Numbered from the stretch's first letter, positions 1 to 9,538 are shown. The stretch: DNA of 59,268 bases from an uncultured Bdellovibrionales bacterium (GCA_964452415.1 CAYVME010000002.1:1-59268), one strand, 5' to 3'. Made by a program: numbers and translations. The notes: a model not told the origin generated them from the sequence alone.

Positions 1-96
1 GAGGAAAAATTTCTTAACGCTCCACTCGTTGCAGATTTGTATCGGCACATTTCTAGTGCGAAAGGGGCTCGGAGTGCAAACATAAAATTCACATAA
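1..96 (+). CDS. 3' end of an unidentified CDS cut by the window edge (...SANIKFT*)
   Basis: Frame 1 is open from nt 1 to TAA at 94-96 and runs straight into a hairpin terminator shared with the convergent ctp gene. It is too short to identify. Confidence 0.35.
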   Translation, partial: EEKFLNAPLVADLYRHISSAKGARSANIKFT

Positions 97-131
97 AAAA
101 AATCCTCAGCCTTTCGGAGAGGATTTTTTTA
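94..131. terminator. Bidirectional rho-independent terminator
   Basis: Stem AATCCTC (101-107) / GAGGATT (119-125), flanked by an A-run (94-102) and a T-run (124-130). It lies between the convergent partial CDS and ctp. Confidence 0.75.
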
Positions 132-142
132 TATTCAACTTT

Positions 143-1429
143 CTACTTTATTGAAAGTTTTTCCTTCAAGATTTTAAGTGCTTCATTAAGTTGTGGATCT
201 CGATCATTTTCGAAATCATCATTAGTAATCTCAACTTCTTTATCTGGACTGATTCCTTTCTCGTTGATCTGCTCACCTTTTGGAGTTAGCCAACGAGCCA
301 CAGTGATCTTGGCAGCTGTTCCCTGTGGCATTTCAATGAATTCTTGCACGCTTCCCTTGCCAAATGATTTCTTGCCGACCAAGGTCACATTCAAGCGATT
401 TTCTTTCAATGCCCCAGCTAAAATTTCAGAAGCACTGGCACTTCCCTCATTAATAAGGACGACTGTTTCAATTCCGCTTGCCAAATCACCCCCACGGGTA
501 TACATTTTTTTCTGACTCTTGTCACCGTTTTCCTCAATCACAACAATTGTTTCTTTTGGAAGCAATTTGCTCGCAACATCAATTGAACCTTCCAAATATC
601 CGCCCGGGTTATTACGAAGGTCAATAACAAGACCTTTGGCTTTCTGGGCCTTAACCCTGGCAATTGCATCTGCAAAATTCTTCGAAGTGTCATCCCCAAA
701 GCGCGTAATTTGAATGTTTGCGATGTTGTTTTCATCAAATTCAAGCATCACACTCTTAACAGTGATTAATCCCCTTTGGATTGTGATGTCCTGCGTGTCA
801 TTTGAACCTTCCCGGAAAATTGTGAGCACCACAGAAGTTCCTTTTTTTCCTCGAATATTATCGACAGCTTCATCGATGCTCATGTCACCAGCTGTTTTTC
901 CATCAATTTTAATAATCTTATCTCCAGCTCTGAGGCCTGCTTTTTGCGCAGGTGTTCCCTCAAGTGGCGCAACAACTGTTAAAATTCCATTTTTAATTCC
1001 AAGCTCAGCACCAATACCTTCAAAATTTCCTGAAATATCCTCGCCGAATTTTTTGTTCTCGTCAGGAGAAAGAAAGGTGGTATACGGATCGCCAGTTGCT
1101 TGCATCATTCCATTGATAGCACCATAGAACAATTTTTTTGCATCAAGACTGTCCTGGTCAACATATTTCTCCTTAAGCAAATCCCAAACATTCCAAAATA
1201 ATGCAAAATCAATATTATTATCCCCAATTTTTTCTTTGTTCACAAAAACAGCATTCTCAATCGCAATCGGCTCCAATTTCTTTTCAGAATTCCTCCCTTG
1301 GTTATATCCAACCCAAAAAATTCCCAGAGTAAAAATCGCAACTCCAATTATTTGCAAATAATAACGGAACATTCTTTTCCTGTATATTTTAAACTCTTGT
1401 GGCAAATTTTTTTTCTCTATATTTTCCAT
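143..1429 (-). CDS. ctp: S41 family C-terminal processing peptidase (Ctp/Prc-like), N-terminally membrane anchored
   Basis: 428-aa ORF with one N-terminal TM helix, a PDZ-like segment (GLRAGDKIIKIDG) and S41 motifs (DLRNNPGGY, GSASASEILAG, SFGKGS). Confidence 0.9.
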   Translation of the reverse strand: MENIEKKNLPQEFKIYRKRMFRYYLQIIGVAIFTLGIFWVGYNQGRNSEKKLEPIAIENAVFVNKEKIGDNNIDFALFWNVWDLLKEKYVDQDSLDAKKLFYGAINGMMQATGDPYTTFLSPDENKKFGEDISGNFEGIGAELGIKNGILTVVAPLEGTPAQKAGLRAGDKIIKIDGKTAGDMSIDEAVDNIRGKKGTSVVLTIFREGSNDTQDITIQRGLITVKSVMLEFDENNIANIQITRFGDDTSKNFADAIARVKAQKAKGLVIDLRNNPGGYLEGSIDVASKLLPKETIVVIEENGDKSQKKMYTRGGDLASGIETVVLINEGSASASEILAGALKENRLNVTLVGKKSFGKGSVQEFIEMPQGTAAKITVARWLTPKGEQINEKGISPDKEVEITNDDFENDRDPQLNEALKILKEKLSIK

Positions 1430-1450
1430 TTTTGAAATTGTTTAACAGAA

Positions 1451-2260
1451 TTACTCGTGAACTGGCAACGGTTTGCCTAAAAATTTCTTGAAATATTTCA
1501 CACCACTAGCAATATGAATCCAGGTATACTTATTAAGCAACAGTTGTTTGATGACATTGCCTTTGGCGCTTCCCTTGCCGTGGTAATGATGCATACTGGC
1601 AAAAGGATCATACACAACCCTGAAGCCGTTTTCCCAAAACCTTCTGCACCAATCAACATCTTCCATATACATGAAATATCGAGGATCCAAAAGTCCAACT
1701 TTCTCAATTGCTTTTCTTGAAATCATAAGCGCGCTTCCCATCAGCCAATCCACATTTTTTGGCTCCTTTCGATCATAGCCATTCATCAAAAACCAATCCA
1801 GATGTTTTTTGGCAAAAGAAAATTTCCCCAGAATCGTTCTGCGATACAAAATGGTGAGAGGTTTATAGAAGCGAAAACAAGATGGCTGCACGGTTCCATT
1901 GAAATTCAAAAGTTTCGGACCAACCATGCCAACAGAAGAATCTTTTTTCAAGAAAGCCAACAACTCCTGAATGGCTGATGGGGTCACAATAATATCACCA
2001 TTCAAAAGCAAAACATATTCTCCCTGACTATTTTCAATCCCTTTTTTAACCAAGGCTTGAAAACCCACATTCTCTTCAAAGGAAAAGAACCGCACTTCCG
2101 GATAATCTTCACGCATCATCATCTCAGTTTCTTGACCTGTTTGGCCATCAGAAACAATCAATTCATGCTCAACATCAGTTGCGCACTTTTTGATTGAATC
2201 CAGACAAACTTTCAAAAGCTCCGGATTCTTATAACTGGTAACAATAATCGATAAGTCCAT
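1451..2260 (-). CDS. GT2 family glycosyltransferase (rhamnosyltransferase-like)
   Basis: 269-aa ORF with a GT-A N-terminus (LSIIVTSYKNPELLKVCLDSI), LLNGD, and the EDVDWCRR motif typical of GT2 enzymes. Confidence 0.8.
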   Translation of the reverse strand: MDLSIIVTSYKNPELLKVCLDSIKKCATDVEHELIVSDGQTGQETEMMMREDYPEVRFFSFEENVGFQALVKKGIENSQGEYVLLLNGDIIVTPSAIQELLAFLKKDSSVGMVGPKLLNFNGTVQPSCFRFYKPLTILYRRTILGKFSFAKKHLDWFLMNGYDRKEPKNVDWLMGSALMISRKAIEKVGLLDPRYFMYMEDVDWCRRFWENGFRVVYDPFASMHHYHGKGSAKGNVIKQLLLNKYTWIHIASGVKYFKKFLGKPLPVHE

Positions 2261-2303
2261 CAGGCAACAGAATCAGGCATTGCTTAAAATAACAAGCAAC
2301 TTA

Positions 2304-3515
2304 TTAGTTTGAAGTTGTTGTTGTAATGTCTTGTTGTGTAGGAGCGGTGAAAATATTCTTGAACAATTCTCGAATTTTGTCATAGTTGTCTCCGATTGGA
2401 AGCAAGATATATCCAGTTTCTGGTCTTTGTTCTGGATTGTACAAAAGTCCTTCGGCATTGTTTTCCAGAACCCGTTGAGCTATTTGTGGATTGCTCATTT
2501 TTCCTTCAATTTCAAACAACTTCTTCATTTCCCAGGCTTGCAAATCAGTTTTCACATTGTTTCCGAGACTCTCAATGATTCCATTGACCTTGTTGAAATC
2601 GGTCAAAGTTCCAGCAGAAAGAGCTTTCTCCTTGATTTTCTGAATCACAACCTGTTGTCTTTTGGCTCTGTCAAAATCACTGGTTGTTTTTCGAGATCTT
2701 GCATAGCAAAGAGCTTGTTCCCCGCTGAGAGTCTGCTTTCCAGCTGGAAGCTTGAAATCTCCACCACATTCAACATTTGGGTTTGTGCAGAGAGGATATT
2801 GGGCGGTTATCTTCCCAGGCGTTCCGAGAGAGGTCTTTCTTCTTTTAATTTCAAAATTACCCGTTGGTTTCGTGAACACATATGCATCGCAAACTTTTTC
2901 TTCATTAAATTGCATAGCTTCTTCAAATGGTTGCTTCAAGTCAATTTCAATACCACCAATAGCATCAACCAAGTCTGTGAACCCCTTAAAATTAATAGCC
3001 AAAGCATAACTAACGGGTTGACCAACAATTTCACTTACCACAGTTTTCATATCTTCCATGCCACCGCCTTTTCTTTTTTCTTCCCCATAAGCATATACAG
3101 CATTAATTTTGCTCTTGGAATCTGCTGCCGGATCTTGAACATACAAATCTCGCGGAATTGAAAAAAGAGAAATCTTATTATCAGCAGGTGCAATGCTAGC
3201 AACCATAATTGTATCAGCCAAAAGACCTCCACCAGTCAAAGCCTCACCGCGCATACCCAAAAGCAACACATTAATTCTACCCTCTTTTTCTCCAATCAAC
3301 TCATTGCCAACACCAGGAATCATATGGGTCAAACCACTAAAAACATTACCACCACTAGAAATCCTATTAAAAACACTGCCTGTTTTCCATGCAAGAGCCG
3401 CGCCAACAAGCAAAAGAATTCCACCAATAATAAGGCTTATTTTGAGCCATTTTTTCATTCCTGTTTTTGTCTTTCCATCTTTACCATGGCGATTTAACAT
3501 TTGTCCATTTTCCAT
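2304..3515 (-). CDS. LytR-CpsA-Psr (LCP) family glycopolymer ligase
   Basis: 403-aa ORF with an N-terminal TM anchor and LCP core motifs (INVLLLGMRGE, GGLLADTIMVASI, SIPRDLYV). The start is uncertain, with alternative ATGs at 3500 and 3458. Confidence 0.85.
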   Translation of the reverse strand: MENGQMLNRHGKDGKTKTGMKKWLKISLIIGGILLLVGAALAWKTGSVFNRISSGGNVFSGLTHMIPGVGNELIGEKEGRINVLLLGMRGEALTGGGLLADTIMVASIAPADNKISLFSIPRDLYVQDPAADSKSKINAVYAYGEEKRKGGGMEDMKTVVSEIVGQPVSYALAINFKGFTDLVDAIGGIEIDLKQPFEEAMQFNEEKVCDAYVFTKPTGNFEIKRRKTSLGTPGKITAQYPLCTNPNVECGGDFKLPAGKQTLSGEQALCYARSRKTTSDFDRAKRQQVVIQKIKEKALSAGTLTDFNKVNGIIESLGNNVKTDLQAWEMKKLFEIEGKMSNPQIAQRVLENNAEGLLYNPEQRPETGYILLPIGDNYDKIRELFKNIFTAPTQQDITTTTSN

Positions 3516-3560
3516 AAAAAATATTTTTACTCTTAATTAAATAACTTGGAATTAATCTGC

Positions 3561-4709
3561 TTAATTATGACTCAGTTTCTCATAAATAGCAAGCATCTTT
3601 TGTGCTGATTTTTGCCAAGAAAAAAAGCTAATTCTTTTTTTGCCATTTGAAATTAGCTTATTTCTGAGATCTTCATCCTTGCAGATATCATACAATTTTT
3701 TTGAAAAATCATCAAGTGATGATACTTCGAAGTATAATGCGCCATCAGTGGCAATTTCTTTCAAACTTGAGATATTGGAGCAAATAACAGGAACCCCTTG
3801 ACTCATTGCTTCCAGTGGTGGAATTCCAAATCCTTCATATAAAGATGGAAAGGCAAAGACATGCGCCGAAGCAAAAATGGCTCTCTTATCCTCTTCATCA
3901 ATAAAGCCCGGAAAGAAAACCTTATCTCCCAATCCAAGCTCTTGAACTGCCGTGTCAATCCTGGAATCGAAATTTTTACCTTTTCTGTTTCCACAAATAA
4001 CCAGATCGACATCCCCCAAGTCCTTCTGGACATTGCCAAAAGCCATCACCAATTGATCCAAATTTTTTCTTGGTTGAAGCGTGCCCACATACAAGACGAA
4101 TTTTTTTGGCAAGGCATATTTTTTTCTAACCAATTCCAATTTCTCAGGCGAAACATCCTGATTCAAAAAATCTTCACTGATCGCATTATGAATCCACTCA
4201 ACTTTTTCGGGAACAATTTTATAATATTCAATAATCTCGTTTCGAGTAAACTCAGAAACTCCCACAATTTTGTCAGCGCGTTTCAAGCTAAGCGGGATCA
4301 ACATTTTCAAAAACAAAAGATCAGCCAATCTGATGAACTGTGAAAAAAAATTGAAAGAAATGTCATGCACGATTGTCACAATCTTAATCTTTTTTGAAAC
4401 AAAAAACGGAGTGATGTATTGAGTGTGAAAAACATCAACCGGATTCTTGGCAAGATATCTCGGCAGGGTCCAAAAATTCCAACTGAATTTATTTTTACTT
4501 GGAAGACTTACAATTTCAAAATTATTTTTCCCAACAATTCCCAATTGCTTAGCAATCTCATCCAAACCCTCTTTTTCCGTAACATCCGTGAATAATCTGA
4601 AATTATGCTCAGATTCCAATTGCGCAAAATTTTTCACCAAATTAAAAATAACAACCTCATCGCCAGTTCTATTTTTTCCTATTAATCTGACATCAATTCC
4701 AATATTCAT
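3561..4709 (-). CDS. GT4 family glycosyltransferase
   Basis: 382-aa ORF with the GT-B EX7E region (YEGFGIPPLEAMSQGVPVICSN). Confidence 0.85.
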   Translation of the reverse strand: MNIGIDVRLIGKNRTGDEVVIFNLVKNFAQLESEHNFRLFTDVTEKEGLDEIAKQLGIVGKNNFEIVSLPSKNKFSWNFWTLPRYLAKNPVDVFHTQYITPFFVSKKIKIVTIVHDISFNFFSQFIRLADLLFLKMLIPLSLKRADKIVGVSEFTRNEIIEYYKIVPEKVEWIHNAISEDFLNQDVSPEKLELVRKKYALPKKFVLYVGTLQPRKNLDQLVMAFGNVQKDLGDVDLVICGNRKGKNFDSRIDTAVQELGLGDKVFFPGFIDEEDKRAIFASAHVFAFPSLYEGFGIPPLEAMSQGVPVICSNISSLKEIATDGALYFEVSSLDDFSKKLYDICKDEDLRNKLISNGKKRISFFSWQKSAQKMLAIYEKLSHN

Positions 4710-4710
4710 A

Positions 4711-4745
4711 GCTTTCAGCTGTCAGCTTTTAGCTTTCAACTTTTG
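4711..4745. repeat. Short 'word' repeat (GCTTTCAGCTGTCAGCTTTTAGCTTTCAACTTTTG)
   Basis: Degenerate oligonucleotide words of the same kind as at 14445, 38413, 42983 and 46640. It lies directly upstream of the GT4 start. Confidence 0.5.
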
Positions 4746-4771
4746 TTAAAATTTAAAAATGTATTCAAATT

Positions 4772-4887
4772 TTGTCAGTTCAATTATTTTCCTTTTTGGC
4801 CCATATGCAACGAGAGTGAATCGGAGCTTTTGGATATTGGGCATTCATCCAAAAGCGTGCCAGAAATAAAGATAATTGAACTGACAA
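4772..4887. repeat. Conserved structured intergenic element, copy A
   Basis: Three nested helices: an outer 16-bp inverted repeat (4772-4787 / 4872-4887), a middle helix (4793-4800 / 4859-4866) and an inner hairpin (4826-4856). The core is near-identical to copies at 6210-6398 and 8115-8211. Confidence 0.8.
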
Positions 4888-4906
4888 TCCACAGGCAAAG
4901 CAAAAG

Positions 4907-6187
4907 CTAAACAGACTCGAAATTATTATTAGCCCCTACAGTAATTCCAACAACGAATCCTAGCAAAATCACGCCAAAATGCAAGTCCCAGAGCCAATGA
5001 TCCAAAAATATTGGCGACAAAAGTGAAAGCCACATAGCAAAATGAAAAACACTCTTTTTCCAAGCATAAAATCCAAAAGAAACAGAAAGTGCCAACAATA
5101 AAAGCATAGCAAAAAAACCAACTTCTGCCCACACCAAAAGAAAAACATTGTGGACAGGCTGATATGTCCAAGCCGAATCCTTAGGATTTTTCACTGTCAA
5201 TTCTTGAACATAGTTACCCACACCCACCCCAAAGAAAACATTTTCGGAAATTATTTCTTTCCCCTGATTGAAATACAACGCTCTTTCATTTATCGATTTT
5301 TGCTCCAATCTTGCACCAAAGTCAGTGCGAGCAAAAATAAGCTCCGAATGCCAAAAAGTTAGTGTTGCCAAAATAAAAAATACAACAACCAACGGCTTGA
5401 TGATTTTCAAAAAACCGATTCTAAAAAACACAGCCACCATAGCCAAAATCAGTGCCAGAAAAGCACTTCGACTCAGACTTGAAAAAAGCCCGAAAGAAAA
5501 ACTCACCAAAGCAACATACAAAAAAATATTTTCATTTTTCCCTCTCTTTTTTTCATAAAAAAGCCACAAAACCAAGATTATTCCCAAGGCCATCGCATAG
5601 CCGAAAATATTCGGATGATCAAAACTTCCATATGATCTCAAGTGACGAATCATCTGACTATTTTCACTATAAATCTCCAAATATGAAACTCCTCCATCGA
5701 CAACAGAATGACTGGCCAATCCCAACCATTTGCTAGCAAAAGCATTTTGAGCAAAAAATTGCCAAATTCCAAGCCATGCAGAGAGCATTAAACCTGAAAT
5801 AAAACAAAAAAGAAGTCTGGTTTTGCTTTTAAAAGAAGCAATGAGAAATGCCAAAATTGCAGCCAACAAAATCCAACCTGCTCGTTGAACTGCGAGCATC
5901 ACATTATCAGCCCAAAAAACAGAGATTGCCGTCAAAATAACAAACAGGAAAAATGCACTCCATCTCTTTATTGAAAATTTAAAAATGGAAGCTATCATAT
6001 TTTCACGATATTTGTTAATTGCCAACAGTACAACAACTAGAACAATTACGACATCCGCAACATAGACACTTCCCGTCAAATATTCATTTTGATTTCCATT
6101 GATCATCCCCTGCTCAAAAATCCACCTAGTTTGCCAAGGCAATAGAAAAACCAACAAGAATGTTCCGATTTCAACAATTTTTTTCAT
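4907..6187 (-). CDS. O-antigen ligase / Wzy-like polymerase family membrane protein
   Basis: 426-aa polytopic ORF with Wzy_C-type motifs (SLSRSAFLALILAMV and FFGVGVGNY). Confidence 0.75.
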   Translation of the reverse strand: MKKIVEIGTFLLVFLLPWQTRWIFEQGMINGNQNEYLTGSVYVADVVIVLVVVLLAINKYRENMIASIFKFSIKRWSAFFLFVILTAISVFWADNVMLAVQRAGWILLAAILAFLIASFKSKTRLLFCFISGLMLSAWLGIWQFFAQNAFASKWLGLASHSVVDGGVSYLEIYSENSQMIRHLRSYGSFDHPNIFGYAMALGIILVLWLFYEKKRGKNENIFLYVALVSFSFGLFSSLSRSAFLALILAMVAVFFRIGFLKIIKPLVVVFFILATLTFWHSELIFARTDFGARLEQKSINERALYFNQGKEIISENVFFGVGVGNYVQELTVKNPKDSAWTYQPVHNVFLLVWAEVGFFAMLLLLALSVSFGFYAWKKSVFHFAMWLSLLSPIFLDHWLWDLHFGVILLGFVVGITVGANNNFESV

Positions 6188-6209
6188 TATATGATTTTAT
6201 TTACTTTGA

Positions 6210-6398
6210 TTTTTTGCGAACCCATTTTCTTTTTTGGCCCAATGCATCGTGCTTCGCACTCTTTCAAACCCCTCGGTTTGAATAATTCCGCCACGGGAAA
6301 ACCCAGTTTTTCCCGACCCCTTTCCTGAATCGAAGCTTTTGGATATTGAGCATTCATCCAAAAGCGTGCCAAAAAATGGAAACGGGCGAAGCAAAAAA
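6210..6398. repeat. Conserved structured intergenic element, copy B (expanded)
   Basis: Same core and inner hairpin (6335-6365) as copies A and C, closed by TTTTTTGC (6210-6217) / GCAAAAAA (6391-6398). It carries an ~85-nt insertion holding three extra small hairpins. Confidence 0.8.
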
Positions 6399-6415
6399 TC
6401 CCGTGCAATAAGAAA

Positions 6416-8065
6416 CTATTCCTTATTTAATAGCAACCCTACCGCCACTCCCAAGAAAACCCAAACGAATCCCAGAAAAATTCCGGAGTTAAACAGATTC
6501 GGAATGATGATTGCGAAAAGTCCAAGCATGACAAAGACAAGATCGAAATTTTCACCTTTTGATTTCACGAAGCTAAAGATTGAAAAAACAAAAATATATC
6601 CAAACAAAATCACCAAAGACAAAAATCCAATGAGTCCACTGCCTAGCCAAACTTCCAAGAAAAGATTGCTCGCATTGAGTCCAGCGCCTCTGGAATCATT
6701 TCCCAAAATTTCAGAAATACTCCCCCAGCCTGTTCCCAAAACTGGATGAGATTTTATCTGCTCAAAGACAACTCGATAAATGCTTGCTCGAATTCCAACA
6801 TTTGGGTCTGGCCTTGAAACTTCTTGAATGACTCTCCCACTCAACATTTCTCTATCAATATCCTCAAGGTTTATGTATTTGCAAGAATAAGCTTCCAATT
6901 CTTCGATCTTTGCAATTTTTTCTGGCGCAGATTTTCCAATCTCGCAAGAAATGGTAATTTTTTGCAAGCCACCTGTACTTTGAGCTCTTTGCCCAAGCTG
7001 AAAACTTGTCAGCTTGAAAATATATATAAACCCAACGGCGACAAGCACAATCAAAAAGATTTTTCCGAATTCCAAAAGCCACCCAATCCAATTCCATTTT
7101 TGTTTCATCAAAATCCAAAAATTGCCCCAAAATTTTCCAGCAACTTTTTGTGAGTCACTTTTTCCATAAAACAAAGCCAACTTCAAATATCCAAAAATCA
7201 CAATCACTGCCCCAATCCAAGCACTACGGGAAACAGTCAGAAACAAAGTTATGAAAATTAAAAAAAGAAAAACATACAAAAATACGCACGAAGATGACTG
7301 GCAACTCATGATTGATGATTTCTTTCTAAGCAAATGAAACATGGACAATACGATAGCCAGCAAAAACACAATATACACTCCCAACCAATCCGCCTCCACA
7401 AATGTTCCATTTGGTCTGCCAGGCATCACCTCAAAAGAATTCCAACCATATGAAAAAGCCAGATTTTGCCAAATCGCATACAAACAAACAACCACGCCAG
7501 TTGAGAGAAAAAATGGAGCAATTCGTTTCAAATCCTCAAATGATTGCACAAAAATTCTGGTCAAGAAATATATTCCTACAAATGAAGCAGCGACGATTGC
7601 TTGCTTAAAACTCATACCTTTATTAACAGAAGCAAGCGCGCTCACAAATCCACCGACAACGAAAAGCACTGGCAAAAGATCGATCCAAGTCCATTTTGGC
7701 CAAAATTCACCCTTTGGTGCAGGCATTTTTTTGGTCAAATATCGTCCAAGCAAAGCCAAAATAAGCACAGTTAGCAGCAATTGGAATGGCCTGATTTGCA
7801 CTCCAAAAGCCACTGGGGCAAGGTTTATGTTCTCCAGAGCCAACGAACCGATAAACAGAGTGAAAGCCCATCCTGGACGGTACAATGCCAGCAGAGCGCA
7901 AAGCACCACGAAAAACCCGAAGTCCCCAGCATTTTTGAATGGCAAAAATCCCACATTTGCAAACCAAATCGCGAAGCAAGCCAAAATCACATTAGCCAAA
8001 ATCAAATATGTTTTGATAGCATTTTTTTCAAAAAGGTCCAGTAACTGTTTCAAATATTTTTCCAT
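6416..8065 (-). CDS. O-antigen ligase / Wzy-like polymerase family membrane protein with an inserted soluble loop
   Basis: 549-aa polytopic ORF with Wzy_C-type motifs (TVSRSAWIGAVIVIFG, HPVLGTGWGS). Confidence 0.75.
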   Translation of the reverse strand: MEKYLKQLLDLFEKNAIKTYLILANVILACFAIWFANVGFLPFKNAGDFGFFVVLCALLALYRPGWAFTLFIGSLALENINLAPVAFGVQIRPFQLLLTVLILALLGRYLTKKMPAPKGEFWPKWTWIDLLPVLFVVGGFVSALASVNKGMSFKQAIVAASFVGIYFLTRIFVQSFEDLKRIAPFFLSTGVVVCLYAIWQNLAFSYGWNSFEVMPGRPNGTFVEADWLGVYIVFLLAIVLSMFHLLRKKSSIMSCQSSSCVFLYVFLFLIFITLFLTVSRSAWIGAVIVIFGYLKLALFYGKSDSQKVAGKFWGNFWILMKQKWNWIGWLLEFGKIFLIVLVAVGFIYIFKLTSFQLGQRAQSTGGLQKITISCEIGKSAPEKIAKIEELEAYSCKYINLEDIDREMLSGRVIQEVSRPDPNVGIRASIYRVVFEQIKSHPVLGTGWGSISEILGNDSRGAGLNASNLFLEVWLGSGLIGFLSLVILFGYIFVFSIFSFVKSKGENFDLVFVMLGLFAIIIPNLFNSGIFLGFVWVFLGVAVGLLLNKE

Positions 8066-8114
8066 TTTGTTTTCTAAAATATAATAATACTTAAATATTT
8101 ACACAGCAATGTGA

Positions 8115-8211
8115 GACCATTTTTCTTTTTGGCCCATATGCAACGAGAGTGAATCGGAGCTTTTGGATATTGAGTATTTATCCAAAAGCGTGCCAGAAAC
8201 GGGAAATGGTC
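8115..8211. repeat. Conserved structured intergenic element, copy C
   Basis: Outer helix GACCATTT (8115-8122) / AAATGGTC (8204-8211), middle helix 8126-8133 / 8192-8199, inner hairpin 8159-8189. Confidence 0.8.
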
Positions 8212-8251
8212 GAGCAATTGCGTAAGTCGAAATAAATAGGCAAAACAATAT

Positions 8252-9415
8252 TCACCATGCATTTTTTTCCTCCTTAATAATATTCAAAAATTTGTGCACG
8301 AATTTGTCCCAAGAAAAATGGAGGGCTCTTTCTTTTCCCTTGGTCGCAAGTCTTGAGCGCAAATGATCATTTGTCAAAACATTTCGAAGGACCATCGCCA
8401 AATCGTCAACATCGCTCGGATTGCAATACAAAACAGCATCAGAGCCAACCTCAGGAAGAGAAGATTTTTTTGAAGTGATCACAGCGATCCCCTGGTTCAT
8501 TGCCTCAAGCACAGGAAGTCCAAATCCTTCATATAAAGAAGGATACACAAAAACAGAAGCGTTTTTATACAAGGCAGGCAAATCAGCTTGCTGAACAAAA
8601 CCAAGCAGGTCGACTTCTTTTTCAAGTTCGAGTCCCTGCACTATTGCTTCAACATCCGCAATCAATGGAGCAAGCTCAGGCATCATCTTTCCAGAAATAA
8701 CCAAGCGTGGAAGCCAACTGGCTCGACCATATGATTTGAGCAAAATTTTGTATGCTCGAAGAACACTCTCGGTGTTTTTGCGAAGATCCAATCCCCCTCC
8801 AGTATAGATGTACCCTCGTTTAATCCCATATTCATTCAAAACTTCTTCGCTTTTTTTCTCATCAACTTCTTTTTTATATATATCATCAACATCAACATGA
8901 CTGACAGAGATTTTGGCAGGATCGATTCCCAATTGTTGAATCAAATCTTTTTCGGTGCGATGCGAAACTGCAATAATCTTGTCTGATTTTTTTATGGCTT
9001 TCTTGCTGAGTCTCCAGAAATATTTCTTTCGCCAATTGTTCAGATACTGAGGGAAAAATTCCAACAGCACATCGTGCACCAACATAATGTGTTTCATGTT
9101 TTTTGGCATGATGGTGGCACATTGAAACAAGCTGAAGAAAATGTCACAACCGTCTTTTTTGGCAAACTTGGGCAAAAGATGCTTCTGCCACCAAATCGCA
9201 CGAATGATGTCGTCTCTTTTATACATTTTTGGCAAGAAAACTTTTTTGCTGAAATTTGTTGGCAATTCAAAATCAACATCCTCTTCAAGATATAGAATGT
9301 ATTCATTCTTGCCATCATTTGAAATTTCAATCAATTTCTTGATGAAATTTGCAGTGACTTGTCCGATGCCGGTGTTTGGCTTGCGAAGAAAAGATGCATT
9401 AATTCCAATACGCAT
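8252..9415 (-). CDS. GT4 family glycosyltransferase
   Basis: 387-aa ORF with the EX7E region (YEGFGLPVLEAMNQGIAVITS). Confidence 0.85.
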   Translation of the reverse strand: MRIGINASFLRKPNTGIGQVTANFIKKLIEISNDGKNEYILYLEEDVDFELPTNFSKKVFLPKMYKRDDIIRAIWWQKHLLPKFAKKDGCDIFFSLFQCATIMPKNMKHIMLVHDVLLEFFPQYLNNWRKKYFWRLSKKAIKKSDKIIAVSHRTEKDLIQQLGIDPAKISVSHVDVDDIYKKEVDEKKSEEVLNEYGIKRGYIYTGGGLDLRKNTESVLRAYKILLKSYGRASWLPRLVISGKMMPELAPLIADVEAIVQGLELEKEVDLLGFVQQADLPALYKNASVFVYPSLYEGFGLPVLEAMNQGIAVITSKKSSLPEVGSDAVLYCNPSDVDDLAMVLRNVLTNDHLRSRLATKGKERALHFSWDKFVHKFLNIIKEEKNAW

Positions 9416-9538
9416 TTTGATTTAAACATTAATCGTATTAAGCCTAAAACATTACTCTTCAAGTATAGCTCAATTTGAGCAAAAAGAAAGAGCGCGCCAG
9501 TTGTTACTGACCCGCCCTTGTTCTTCTGCTTTCATCAT

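Noticed and set aside
4848-4863. A sigma54-like -24/-12 promoter. On the minus strand all three copies of the intergenic element read (C/T)TGGCACGCTTTTGGAT, which resembles TGGCACG-N4-TTGCA.
   Set aside because: After TGGCACG the sequence is CTTTTGGA. The -12 element would be TTGG rather than TTGC, and it is one position out of register with the strictly spaced GG/GC dinucleotides. The same bases also form the stem of the conserved hairpin. I kept it only as an alternative to test.
6187-6408. Track ORFs 6187-6408, 6197-6394 and 8074-8262 (minus strand). They share FLARFW(M/I)N.QYPKA and might be taken for a small conserved protein family.
   Set aside because: They are simply translations of the repeated intergenic element. 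The similarity stops where the nucleotide repeat stops, no SD is present, and the third copy (4772-4887) has no equivalent ORF.
7341-8084. Long antisense or out-of-frame ORFs overlapping well-supported genes, for example 264-1127, 2331-3161, 7341-8084, 16143-16766, 19934-20446, 36304-36945, 44000-44575 and 44807-45358.
   Set aside because: These are shadow ORFs inside genes that have clear family motifs on the other strand or frame. Their compositions are low-complexity, and they have no start-site signals.
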